Positions 32,268-42,455 of a DNA stretch of 64,000 nucleotides are shown here, piece by piece. The position numbers were made by a program, and so were the translations under genes. The notes under the pieces were generated by a model, which saw only the letters and a list, made by a program, of their open reading frames with translations, did no database searches and had not been told where the DNA came from. Positions within the stretch are counted from its first letter, which is position 1. The number at the start of each line of letters is the position of its first letter. The stretch spans positions 864,001 to 928,000 of the forward strand of contig JBJBDL010000003.1 of assembly GCA_047285305.1 (NCBI GenBank), written 5' to 3'. This DNA is from Synechococcus sp. (GTDB taxonomy: Bacteria > Cyanobacteriota > Cyanobacteriia > PCC-6307 > Cyanobiaceae).

Positions 32268-32558
32268 ATGTCGGTTGATCATGGTGATCTCGCGGTGAAG
32301 GCGGAAGCTCCGTTTCTTCATGTCCGCCCAGGGCATTTTGTGATAGTTGCTGGAGACCGGCTCGATCAAGGGGACTGGTGGATGGGTCAGGTGCTCTTCT
32401 GTGAGGGAAATGCTCGCCACCCCAGGCTTCCTTCTCTCTTTCAGGTGGCTGACGTGGATACGGGCGTCATCACATGGATCAATGCCGACGCGGTCTCGGA
32501 TGTGGTCTGGTCGATGGATGGGTGGCCCGCCAGTGCGCCTGCTTCTTCAGGGCGTTGA
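32268..32558 (+). CDS. DUF3104 domain protein
   Basis: FLHVRPGHFVIV...DWWMGQVL.CEG.AR.P..PSLFQVADVDTG.I.WINAD.V signature. Confidence 0.85.
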   Translation: MSVDHGDLAVKAEAPFLHVRPGHFVIVAGDRLDQGDWWMGQVLFCEGNARHPRLPSLFQVADVDTGVITWINADAVSDVVWSMDGWPASAPASSGR

Positions 32559-32637
32559 TCAAGTAGGGATGTTGATCAAGGGGTGGCGTGTATTGGCGCG
32601 AATGACGTCTGCTTGACGGCTGTCCTATAAGTGATTT

Positions 32638-32651
32638 GTAGCGGTTGCTAC
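32638..32651. promoter_or_regulatory. NtcA binding site in a probable repressing position
   Basis: GTA-GCGGTTGC-TAC (GTA-N8-TAC), just downstream of a -10-like TATAAG at 32626-32631. Confidence 0.75.
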
Positions 32652-32655
32652 GAAA

Positions 32656-32712
32656 CGTTCACCCCCTCTTGAGGGGGCGCAGATGCTCCAAGCCATGGAA
32701 CGGGGACTTGGA
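32656..32712 (+). ncRNA. Glutamine-II (Downstream-peptide) riboswitch
   Basis: P1 CGTTC(32656-60)/GAACG(32698-702); G/C-rich hairpin 32662-32677; conserved GGCGCAG and CCATGGAACGGGG; pseudoknot TCCAAG(32687-92)/CTTGGA(32707-12). Lies upstream of a DUF4278 ORF, the known context for this motif. Confidence 0.85.
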
Positions 32713-32731
32713 TTTCTTCGAGGAACATCAA

Positions 32732-32899
32732 ATGACTGCACTTCTTTATCGAGGCCACACCTACACAGCAGCTCCAGCCACTCCAAAGGCCTGCGTTGAA
32801 TTGACCTACCGCCGCGAGCACTACAACACCTGCCGCCAGGAAGTCATTGGCGAGAGCCGCCGCACCCTCACCTACCGGGGCGTCACCTATATCAAGTAG
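32732..32899 (+). CDS. DUF4278 domain micro-protein (55 aa)
   Basis: Three LxYRGxxY-like repeats (LLYRGHTY, LTYRREHY, LTYRGVTY); GAGGA RBS. Confidence 0.85.
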   Translation: MTALLYRGHTYTAAPATPKACVELTYRREHYNTCRQEVIGESRRTLTYRGVTYIK

Positions 32900-33024
32900 C
32901 CCGAAGCCTTTATTGGCTGCTGCCCCTGCCTTGGCAGAAGTTTTTGTTGGGCAGCCGGATGGAGGCAAGTCACGATCCAAGGGAGATCCGGGCATCCTGT
33001 GGGCGAGCCAGTCAGCATTCGCAG

Positions 33025-33177
33025 ATGGGATCGGACCTCACCGCCATCGTGATCTCCTCGGTGTTTCTTGGGGTGGGTTTTGTGATTGCCAAGTTCTTCC
33101 CCGAAGCCGCGCTGTTGGCAGCGGTGTTCTTGGTGGGGTTGGCGATTCTCAACGTCGCCCTTGTTCTTGTGGCCTAA
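33025..33177 (+). CDS. 50-aa hydrophobic two-helix membrane peptide
   Basis: MGSDLTAIVISSVFLGVGFVIAKFFPEAALLAAVFLVGLAILNVALVLVA. Confidence 0.55.
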   Translation: MGSDLTAIVISSVFLGVGFVIAKFFPEAALLAAVFLVGLAILNVALVLVA

Positions 33178-33182
33178 TCCCC

Positions 33183-33210
33183 AAAAAAGGGGGTGTTCCC
33201 TAGCCACCCC
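33183..33210 (-). terminator. Orphan rho-independent terminator (minus strand)
   Basis: Minus strand GGGGTG-GCTAGGGAA-CACCCC-CTTTTTT; no convincing minus-strand CDS upstream. Confidence 0.5.
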
Positions 33211-33403
33211 AGCGCTCGACGCGTTGCCCCTTCACCGAAAGTAGCCCCCGCAGGATGGCCTGGGCTCCCGTGGCTGGTCGTCGCCATCACGACAAAACGG
33301 TTCTGCTGTGAGAGAGCCAAGAAAAAGGGGCTGTGCTCTACGGGCGCCCTCGCTGCGTTGACAGAGGCCGCACTATGAAGATGTTCACTATGAACTTTTT
33401 TTC

Positions 33404-33571
33404 ATGGCAAACGTCCGCGAGATGGTCAACACCCATCTGCCCGTCGCGCTCAAGCTGATCAACAGCGCCGCCCTGGTCGCGATCGCTCTTTCAACCCTCT
33501 GCGCTGCTGGCTCTCTGCGTGAGATGTCTGGTAGATCTGCTGCTCCAGCGGCTGTCACTGAAGTCAACTGA
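33404..33571 (+). CDS. 55-aa single-TM micro-protein
   Basis: Hand translation MANVREMVNTHLPVALKLINSAALVAIALSTLCAAGSLREMSGRSAAPAAVTEVN; host-like codons; followed by the 8-bp hairpin TGGAGCGA/TCGCTCCA starting at 33583. Confidence 0.65.
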   Translation: MANVREMVNTHLPVALKLINSAALVAIALSTLCAAGSLREMSGRSAAPAAVTEVN

Positions 33572-33794
33572 GCTCAATGAAATGGAGCGACACCCCGTAT
33601 CGCTCCAGGAGATCTCGCCGGCCGTTACTTGATCAAATCTGGTCGAATTCCTTAAGAAATCAACATCCAACCTGTTGAAAAGATTAAGGGCGGCAACCTG
33701 ATTGATTCACCAAGTTCTCAGTGAACAGACGGGTTTCCGGCCATCGACGAAACTTTGGTCAATGCTTACGATCAAGCGGTGAGAGGAGGGTTGT

Positions 33795-33977
33795 ATGTAT
33801 CTGCTGACCATTAAGGATGGTCTTGGTACCCGTCATATCGGTCCCTACGCGTCGCCGAAGCACGCGTCGGATGATCTTGATCGGGTGTTGGAAACCTGCT
33901 CCGAGCGAGCACGGTGGCAGATTCATGCACTTGAGACCCCAGACCGCTCCCTCGAATTGCAGGCGGTTGCCTCCTGA
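33795..33977 (+). CDS. 60-aa hypothetical protein
   Basis: MYLLTIKDGLGTRHIGPY...; strong GAGGAGG RBS and TACGAT -10 at 33767-33772. Confidence 0.7.
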   Translation: MYLLTIKDGLGTRHIGPYASPKHASDDLDRVLETCSERARWQIHALETPDRSLELQAVAS

Positions 33978-34010
33978 CGGGTTGTTTCGTAATGAACCGG
34001 AGCGTCCTGA

Positions 34011-34243
34011 TCAGTCCTGACGTCGCCCCGGAAAGCCTCGGATCAGCCCACTGTCGATCATGAGGCCGATGCCGGCGTTGATGCAGATCAGGCTGAGGGT
34101 TCCGTACCAGAACCAGGGACCTCCTTCATTTCCCAGCATCTGAACCACCTTGCGGCTCACTGCTTCGCCGAACAGGCAGAGGCCAACCGGGAGCAGCAGC
34201 ACCCCCAGCTGGGCCTTGATGTACCAGCGCACCGGGGAGCGGC

Positions 34244-34247
<4 letters not shown>
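34011..34247 (-). CDS. Small membrane protein
   Basis: Two TM segments (GLCLFGEA, WFWYGTLSL); start overlaps the pepA stop. Confidence 0.7.
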
Positions 34248-35713
<1,466 letters not shown>

Positions 35714-35769
35714 GGCTGGACGCGTCAACAAAGGATGAGCGTAGCGATCCTGTGCGACGCCCTCGGCCC

Positions 35770-36342
35770 TCAGAGCTCTGCGGTGAAGGGGGTGGCCCAG
35801 CGCTGGCGGGTTTCCTTGTTGAACGGCGGCCACCAGCGTTGGATCAGCTGTTGTTCCAGGGCCCGCCGGGCGCGGGTGGCCCGGGGGACATCGCAGCTGA
35901 AGCGGATGCTCAGCTGGGCGCTCAGCTCACAGCGCTGTAGGGCTTCGCCGTAGGCGGCGAGGTAGGCCTTGCAGTCGTGATCACCTTTCCAGCGGCGCTC
36001 GGCCGCCAGGGTTTCGCCCACATAAAGCAGAAGCGGCTGCTCCAGCTGGGCTGGTCTGTCCATCACCAGATAAATCGCTGCTCCGCGGTGGGAGGGTTCC
36101 GGCCAGCGCCAGAAACTCATCGCCAGGGGGGTCAGGGCCAGTGGATCGATGGCTGCCGCAGCGTCATCGGGGCTGGCACCGAACAGATCCCCCTGGGCCG
36201 TGCTGGCGCTTTCGCCGCGGAACAGCGGCGCTTGATGGGCATGCAGCCGCGCTTGCCAGGCGAGCAGCTGCTCCCGTTGCAGGGGCAGGTCGGGCCCGTT
36301 GTTGAAGGCCAGCGCACCGTTGGAGAACAGATCCCCCTGCAT
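35770..36342 (-). CDS. GIY-YIG nuclease family protein
   Basis: AAIYLVMD...LLYVGET...RW...HDCKAY...LEQQLI..W.PPFN. Confidence 0.8.
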   Translation of the reverse strand: MQGDLFSNGALAFNNGPDLPLQREQLLAWQARLHAHQAPLFRGESASTAQGDLFGASPDDAAAAIDPLALTPLAMSFWRWPEPSHRGAAIYLVMDRPAQLEQPLLLYVGETLAAERRWKGDHDCKAYLAAYGEALQRCELSAQLSIRFSCDVPRATRARRALEQQLIQRWWPPFNKETRQRWATPFTAEL

Positions 36343-36911
36343 CAGGGCAGCGGCAGGCTGGGCCCGGCGCGGCGGCTGCCGAAACTCACCCGGCCGATCA
36401 GGGCTTCCACGCTGCTGGCTGGAAGGCAGAGCCGCTCCTGCAGATCAGCCAGATCCTTGAAACCGGCGCGGCGGCGTTCGCGCATCAAGTTGGCCAGCCG
36501 TTGTTCGGGCCAGCCCAGCAGCGCCAGCTGATCGGCGCTGGCGTTGTTGAGGTCGAGGGGAGCGGCCTGGGGCTGCGGTGGGGCATCGCCGTGCCACTGG
36601 AAGAGCAGATGGGGGGTCCAGAGCCTGACCAGATCACTCGGCAGCTCCAGCAGCCGGAACAGATCATCGGCACTGGCGAATTGCACCCCACCCCGCTGCA
36701 GCCGCACCAGCAGATCGGCTGTGTCCTGGCTGCAGCAGGGCAGTTGCAGCCACTGATCGCGGCTGGCCCGGTTCACATCCATCACCCAAGCCGGCGGCTC
36801 GGGCACGGTTGGTAAAGGTTGCGCGGGGGCCGGCCGGGGTGATGCTGGCAGCTGTCCGGTGGCCTGCAGCACCCGCCTGGCCAGGGGATCCAACCAGTGG
36901 CTGCGGGGCAT
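36342..36911 (-). CDS. ComEA-like helix-hairpin-helix DNA-binding protein
   Basis: Two DVNRAS/DLNNAS HhH modules; TGATG overlap with the GIY-YIG start. Confidence 0.8.
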   Translation of the reverse strand: MPRSHWLDPLARRVLQATGQLPASPRPAPAQPLPTVPEPPAWVMDVNRASRDQWLQLPCCSQDTADLLVRLQRGGVQFASADDLFRLLELPSDLVRLWTPHLLFQWHGDAPPQPQAAPLDLNNASADQLALLGWPEQRLANLMRERRRAGFKDLADLQERLCLPASSVEALIGRVSFGSRRAGPSLPLP

Positions 36912-37006
36912 GCTGCTCAGCAGAGATGGGCTGACCTTAACGAGGCTGCAGGGGCTGCGTCTGCGCAACTGGCGCATCTGGTTGTTCTGGCACCGAGCGG
37001 GTCCTT

Positions 37007-37741
37007 TCAGGTCGAGGGGGTCCAGCGGGGAATCGGCAGCGGTGGATCCACCAGGTTGCGCTGAAAGGCGATCAGCACCGCCTGGGTGCGGCTTTTGGCA
37101 TCGAGTTTGCGCAGCAGCCCGGTGACGCAGTGCTTGGTGGTTTCGATCGAGAGATGCAGCTGATCGGCAATCTCCTGATTGCTGAGGCCCTTGCAGAGCC
37201 CGCGCAGCACGTCTTCTTCCCGCAGGCTCAGCACGTCGCTGAGGGGATGGGCGGCGCCTTTGGGGCCACGGTCGTGGTTGGCCACGCCGGCAATCACCGG
37301 ATCCATGTGGCTGCCATCTCTCTCCATGGCGCGCAGCACGCTGAGCAGGCCGCCGTTGCCGATGCGCTCATGGCTGCAGAGCCCTTCGCATTGCGCCTTG
37401 GCCGCGGCGTGAATCGTGCTGAGCAACGGGCGCTGAATCAACATCAGGCAGCGCAGGGAGGGCTGCTGGGCCTTGGCGGCTGCCACCAGGGAGGGGCCGG
37501 TGCCGCGCTCGAGCTGGTCGCTGCAGATCAGCAGATCAGCGGCTGTGTTGCGAAGGCAGGCGAGGGCTTCTGTTTCGGTGCTGGCGGCCCCCACCAGGGA
37601 GCCGATGCCGTTGAGGCTGTGTACCAGGCCGCTGATCAAGACGCGATCGGCGGAGGCCACCACAATGTGGCGGCCCTCCAACAGGGGCCGATGGCGCTGG
37701 GGAAGCTCACGCATCGCGCCGAGCTGAGCAGTGAAGTCCAC
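37007..37741 (-). CDS. NarL/LuxR-type response regulator with an atypical receiver
   Basis: C-terminal LSLREEDVLRGLCKGLSNQEIADQLHLSIETTKH HTH. Confidence 0.85.
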   Translation of the reverse strand: MDFTAQLGAMRELPQRHRPLLEGRHIVVASADRVLISGLVHSLNGIGSLVGAASTETEALACLRNTAADLLICSDQLERGTGPSLVAAAKAQQPSLRCLMLIQRPLLSTIHAAAKAQCEGLCSHERIGNGGLLSVLRAMERDGSHMDPVIAGVANHDRGPKGAAHPLSDVLSLREEDVLRGLCKGLSNQEIADQLHLSIETTKHCVTGLLRKLDAKSRTQAVLIAFQRNLVDPPLPIPRWTPST

Positions 37742-37915
37742 GTCCTGGAGGCGGCCCGAAACTCACCATGAATTCGGATGCTCCCGAAGGGTGGTGCGGG
37801 TCAGCAAGACCGTACAAAACCTTTGCGTGAACGGCCATCAAAGGTGCGGCGATCACCCCCGTTGCCCCTGGCGAATCCTTGGCAGACTTTGCCGAAGCAG
37901 TGAGCAACGCCGACG

Positions 37916-38245
37916 ATGGCCTTCTTCGATTCCGACATCGTTCAGGACGAAGCCAAGCGCCTGTTCAGCGATTACCAGCAGCTGATGCAGCTGGGCAGTG
38001 AGTACGGCAAGTTCGACCGGGAGGGCAAGAAGAAGTTCATCGAGACGATGGAAGAGCTGATGGGCCGCTACCGGGTGTTCATGAAGCGCTTTGAACTCTC
38101 GGAGGATTTCCAGGCCAAGCTCACGGTGGAGCAGCTGCGCACCCAGCTCAGCCAGTTCGGCATCACCCCCGAGCAGATGTTCGATCAGATGAACTCCACC
38201 CTCGAGCGGATGAAGGCGCAGATCGAGCAGCCGCCTTCCAGTTGA
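37916..38245 (+). CDS. DUF1825 family protein
   Basis: FFDSDIVQDEAKRLF.DYQQLM..G..YGKFDREGK signature. Confidence 0.85.
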   Translation: MAFFDSDIVQDEAKRLFSDYQQLMQLGSEYGKFDREGKKKFIETMEELMGRYRVFMKRFELSEDFQAKLTVEQLRTQLSQFGITPEQMFDQMNSTLERMKAQIEQPPSS

Positions 38246-38305
38246 AACAGCCTTAGCTGAACCAGCACTCGTACGATCGCCAGCGCTCGCTCGTTGCGCC
38301 TCCCC

Positions 38306-39553
38306 ATGCCGGACTCCATCCCGTCGTTGCCGGATTGGCTGTCGCGGGGCATGGCCGACCTCTTCCCCGCCGGGGATCCCAGTGATGCGGATCAGGCCCT
38401 GGCGGCCCGGTTGGCCCAGGCCGAAAAAGAAGGCAGGCCGCTGCGAGTGAAGCTGGGCATTGACCCCACCGGCAGCAACATCCATCTGGGCCACAGCATC
38501 CTGTTCCGCAAATTGCGGGCCTTCCAGGATGCGGGCCACACGGCTGTGCTGATCATCGGCGATTTCACGGCGCGGATCGGCGACCCCACCGGCAAGAGCG
38601 CCACGCGCGTGCAGCTCACCAAGGAGCAGGTGGCCGCCAACGCCTCTACTTATTTGCGCCAGTTGGGGCAAGACCAGCCGAAGGAGACGGCGCTGCTCGA
38701 TTTCGAAACCTCGGGCCGCCTGGAGGTGCGCTACAACTCCGAGTGGCTGGAGGGCATGGACCTGCCGGCGGTGATCGGTCTGCTCGGCACCGGCACCGTG
38801 GGCCAGATGCTGGCTAAGGACGACTTCTCCAAGCGCTACGGCAGCGGAACCCCGATCGCCCTGCATGAATTCCTTTACCCGTTGCTGCAGGGCTACGACT
38901 CGGTGGCGGTGAATGCGGATGTGGAGCTGGGCGGCACCGACCAGAAGTTCAACGTGGCCATGGGCCGCGACCTTCAGCGCCACTTCAACAAGGGCACCCA
39001 GTTCGGCCTGCTGCTGCCGATTCTGGTGGGTCTGGACGGGGTGCAGAAGATGAGCAAGAGCCTCGGCAACGTGGTGGGGCTGGAGGAGGATCCGCTCTCG
39101 ATGTACTCCAAGCTGGAGAAAGTCGGCGATGCGGCGATCGACGACTACGTCACGTTGCTGACCGACCTGGATCTGGCGTCGTTGCCGGAGAACCCCCGCG
39201 AGAAGCAGAAGGCGATGGCCCTGGCGGTGACCGCCAGCCGCCACGGCATCGAAGCCGCCCAGAAGGCCCAGAGCGATGCCGCCACGCTGGTGGGAGGCAG
39301 CGGTGATGCCGGCGCCGATGTTCCCGAGGCGTCTCTGGCGGAGGTGAATTTCCCGGCCAAGGCCTTTTATCTGTTCAGTGCCGTGGGGATCTGCGCCAGC
39401 AGCAGCGAGGCCCGCCGCCAGATCAAGGGTGGTGCGGCGCGGCTGGAGGGGGAGAAGATCACCGACCCCAACCAGGAGTTCGCCTCAGCGGCGGAGCTTG
39501 AGGGCAAGGTGCTGCAATTGGGCAAGAAGACCTTCCGTCGTTTGGTGGGCTGA
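38306..39553 (+). CDS. tyrS: Tyrosyl-tRNA synthetase
   Basis: [24 protein letters not shown] and a C-terminal S4-like domain. Confidence 0.97.
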   Translation: MPDSIPSLPDWLSRGMADLFPAGDPSDADQALAARLAQAEKEGRPLRVKLGIDPTGSNIHLGHSILFRKLRAFQDAGHTAVLIIGDFTARIGDPTGKSATRVQLTKEQVAANASTYLRQLGQDQPKETALLDFETSGRLEVRYNSEWLEGMDLPAVIGLLGTGTVGQMLAKDDFSKRYGSGTPIALHEFLYPLLQGYDSVAVNADVELGGTDQKFNVAMGRDLQRHFNKGTQFGLLLPILVGLDGVQKMSKSLGNVVGLEEDPLSMYSKLEKVGDAAIDDYVTLLTDLDLASLPENPREKQKAMALAVTASRHGIEAAQKAQSDAATLVGGSGDAGADVPEASLAEVNFPAKAFYLFSAVGICASSSEARRQIKGGAARLEGEKITDPNQEFASAAELEGKVLQLGKKTFRRLVG

Positions 39554-40281
39554 TGACCTTGCATCCCGCTGACCCCTCCGATCGGATCATCGTTGCCCTC
39601 GATGGCATGGCGCCCGAGCAGGCGCTGGCCTTTGCCGGCCAGGTGGACGGGCTGCGCTGGGTGAAGGTGGGCCTGGAGCTGTTTGTGCAGGCGGGCCCGG
39701 AGGTGGTGGCCCAGCTGCGGGAGCAGGGGCTGCGGGTGTTCCTCGATCTCAAATTTCACGACATCCCGGCCACGATGGCGGGTGCTTGCCGGCGGGCGGC
39801 GGCGCTGGGGGCCGAGCTGATCACGGTGCATGCCTGCGCCGGCAGCGAAGCACTCAAGGCAGCCCAGGCCGGGGCAGAGGAAGGAGCTCAAGGTGCTGGT
39901 CAACCTGCCCCCACGCTGTTAGCGGTGACGGTTCTTACCAGCTGGGAGGAGCAACGGCTGCAACGGGAACTCTCCATTGCCCAGGGCATCGCCGAACGGG
40001 TGCCGGCGTTGGCGCAGCTGTCGGCGACTGCTGGCATCGGTGGGTGTGTGTGTTCACCACTGGAGGCCGCGGCATTGCGGGCGCAGCACCCCGAAACGTT
40101 TGCATTGGTCACCCCAGGTATTCGCCCCAAAGGTGCTGCCGTGGGTGATCAGGCCCGGGTGATGGGGCCTGCGGAGGCGATTGCAGCAGGAGCCAGTCAG
40201 CTGGTGATCGGCCGGCCGATCACCAAGGCTGAAGATCCCAGTGCGGCATTTGCCGCCTGTTGTGCAGAGCTCATTGGCTGA
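39553..40281 (+). CDS. pyrF: Orotidine-5'-phosphate decarboxylase
   Basis: [19 protein letters not shown] and LVIGRPI motifs. Confidence 0.97.
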   Translation: MTLHPADPSDRIIVALDGMAPEQALAFAGQVDGLRWVKVGLELFVQAGPEVVAQLREQGLRVFLDLKFHDIPATMAGACRRAAALGAELITVHACAGSEALKAAQAGAEEGAQGAGQPAPTLLAVTVLTSWEEQRLQRELSIAQGIAERVPALAQLSATAGIGGCVCSPLEAAALRAQHPETFALVTPGIRPKGAAVGDQARVMGPAEAIAAGASQLVIGRPITKAEDPSAAFAACCAELIG

Positions 40282-40300
40282 TCGCTGCCGGCGGCAATGC

Positions 40301-40906
40301 TCAAGACTTCTGCCCGATCTTGGGTTCGGTGCCCACCAGCAGCCGCTCGATGTTGCTGCGATGCCGCCAGAGCACCATCAGGCTGGCCACCAACGACACC
40401 ACCACGTAGGCGCTGCTGCCGCCGGAGAGCAGCATCAACAGCGGTAATCCGATGGCGGCCACCACGCTGGAGAGCGACACGATCCGGAAGATCGAGATCA
40501 CGGCCATGAACAGGCCAAAGCAGGCCAGCCCTACCGGCCAGGCCAATCCCAAAAACATGCCCAGGCCGGTGGCCACAGCCTTGCCGCCCTTCCAGCCCAG
40601 CCACACCGGCCAGATGTGACCCGCCAACGCCGCCAGGCCCGCCAGCACCTGCAGCCAGTCGCTGAGGCCAACGCTCTTCGCCAGCAGCACCGCCAGGGCG
40701 CCTTTGCCCACATCGATCAGGAACACCACCAGGGCTGGGCCCTTGCCCACGTTGCGCAGCACGTTGGTGGCTCCGGTGCTGCCGGAGCCGCAGTCGCGCA
40801 GGTCGATGCCCTTGAGCCAGCGGCCGGCGAGGTAACCGCTGGGGATGGCTCCCAGCAGGTAGCCGATGGCCAGGAGCAGCAGGGCAGTGAGGGCTGTTTG
40901 AGTCAC
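40301..40906 (-). CDS. plsY: Glycerol-3-phosphate acyltransferase
   Basis: GSGSTGATNV, GHIWP..GWKGGKAVAT and HRSNIERL motifs. Confidence 0.95.
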   Translation of the reverse strand: MTQTALTALLLLAIGYLLGAIPSGYLAGRWLKGIDLRDCGSGSTGATNVLRNVGKGPALVVFLIDVGKGALAVLLAKSVGLSDWLQVLAGLAALAGHIWPVWLGWKGGKAVATGLGMFLGLAWPVGLACFGLFMAVISIFRIVSLSSVVAAIGLPLLMLLSGGSSAYVVVSLVASLMVLWRHRSNIERLLVGTEPKIGQKS

Positions 40907-41922
40907 AGCAGATCGTCGTCGTCGAGGCGTTCACCTGGTCCGGCCGCGAAGGCCAGCCAGAGGGGGAACTGAAGCACAGGGATGTCGACGCTGCGCTCGG
41001 CGGCATCGATCAGGATCAAGGGCACTTCCCCACGCTCCTCCAGCCGGTCGGCCCGCTCCACCAGGGCTTCCGGGCGTTCGAACAGCACGATGCCGCTGCT
41101 GGGGCCGAAGTCTTCCCGGCCCAGGCCGAGGGCATCCTGCAGGCCGCGCCGCCATTCGCCGAGCCGTTCGGGCCCGCCGGCCAGTACCAGGCACTGGAAC
41201 TGATCGCCGTACAGCTCGCCGATCACCGCGATCAGGGCCGCGCTCGCCAGGATGTTGCGCGGCCGGGTGCCGCGGCTGGGCTGGGCTCCGCGTCCACCCT
41301 GATTGAAGAACCAGTCCTCCAGCAGAGCCGTGTCACGGGCATCGATGCTGCGCCGCAGGTTCCAGGGGTCGGCGTAGACGTCGGGTTGTTTGAGGAAGCG
41401 CTCCAGGGTCTGGCGGATCAGCTCTTCGTCCGGGCGGAAGGTGTCGGCCACCGCGGGAGGCGGTGCGCTCTCTCCGGGCTGGTCCGGCACCGCTGCGTTG
41501 TCTTCCGCCTGATCGAGGGGGGAGGGCTGCACCACCATCGGCTGCACCACCAGCTCCAGGTTTTCCACGCTCTGCACCAGGTCCTGCAGGGCGCCGCCCA
41601 GGTACTCCTGGAAGCCCTTCACGCGGCGGGCGATGGCGTCGGACTGGCCCGCGAAGTTGGCCTTCAGTTCGGTCTCGAGTTGCTGCTTGCGGGAGCTGAG
41701 GGCGGTGATCTCCGCTTCCAGTGCATCGCGGCGTTCCTGCAGATCTTTCAGTGCCAGCTCCATCACGGGATTGGCTTCTGCGGCGGCGGGCTCGGTGCTG
41801 GTGGTGTTGGCGGGTTCTGCGCTGGTGTCGCCGCTGGTTTCCGCCGAGGGCTGCTCCGGTTCAGGCGCCTTGGGGGTCAGGTCGGTGTCGTCGGGCATTG
41901 CGTCAGCTGCCGTGCTCTCCAT
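40903..41922 (-). CDS. DUF3086 domain protein
   Basis: Coiled coil, RRVKGFQEYL and RLGEWRRGLQD.LG..REDFGP motifs. Confidence 0.8.
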   Translation of the reverse strand: MESTAADAMPDDTDLTPKAPEPEQPSAETSGDTSAEPANTTSTEPAAAEANPVMELALKDLQERRDALEAEITALSSRKQQLETELKANFAGQSDAIARRVKGFQEYLGGALQDLVQSVENLELVVQPMVVQPSPLDQAEDNAAVPDQPGESAPPPAVADTFRPDEELIRQTLERFLKQPDVYADPWNLRRSIDARDTALLEDWFFNQGGRGAQPSRGTRPRNILASAALIAVIGELYGDQFQCLVLAGGPERLGEWRRGLQDALGLGREDFGPSSGIVLFERPEALVERADRLEERGEVPLILIDAAERSVDIPVLQFPLWLAFAAGPGERLDDDDLL

Positions 41923-42029
41923 CCCTCCATTCCAGCCGACCAGACCGCAGAAAAACAGGTGGCATCACAACTGCGACAAGGGCGCACAAGATTGCATGGA
42001 TGTCTACACGAAATCGTGTCGAAATCGTG

Positions 42030-42455
42030 CTATTCCTCGCTTTTGCTCGTGCTGTCTTCCGGGTCGCCGTTCGGCACTTCCAGTGCTCCCACCCGCAGTT
42101 CCAGCTGTTCCCGTAGCTCCTTGGGGCTGAACAGGATCGGCAGGAAGTGAATGCTCTGGGTTTCGCGGAAATAAAACAGGCCCGGCAGCCAGGGGGCGAA
42201 CAGTCGCCAGCTCAGCCATTGGTCGTAGGGGAAACGCCGCAGTTCGCGGCTGTTTTGCCACACGATCAGAGCGTCTTCCTTGAATTCCAAGCGAAGGCTG
42301 GCGCTCTGGATCAGCAGAAACAGGCCGAACAGCACCACCACCAAGGTGGGCCAGGGCGAAAGCGGCAGGGGCAGCAGTGCCAGGCCAAGGGCCACCACCA
42401 GCAAAGGCAGCCGCACGTCCGGCTTGAGGGTTACGGGGGTGGGGGTTGAACTCAT
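42030..42455 (-). CDS. DUF3119 family membrane protein
   Basis: RRFPYDQW..W...LFYFRETQSIHFLPILF; start MSSTPTP overlaps the mlaE stop. Confidence 0.82.
   Translation of the reverse strand: MSSTPTPVTLKPDVRLPLLVVALGLALLPLPLSPWPTLVVVLFGLFLLIQSASLRLEFKEDALIVWQNSRELRRFPYDQWLSWRLFAPWLPGLFYFRETQSIHFLPILFSPKELREQLELRVGALEVPNGDPEDSTSKSEE

Noticed and set aside
32613..32631. TTGACG plus TATAAG as a sigma70 -35/-10 pair
   Set aside because: The spacing is only 7 bp, so only the -10-like element was kept.
31683..33571. High-light-inducible proteins (Hli) among the small TM peptides
   Set aside because: None has the ExxNGRxAM chlorophyll-binding motif.
37853..39244. 463-aa minus-strand ORF
   Set aside because: It is antisense to DUF1825 and tyrS with no recognisable motifs; long shadow ORFs are common at high GC.
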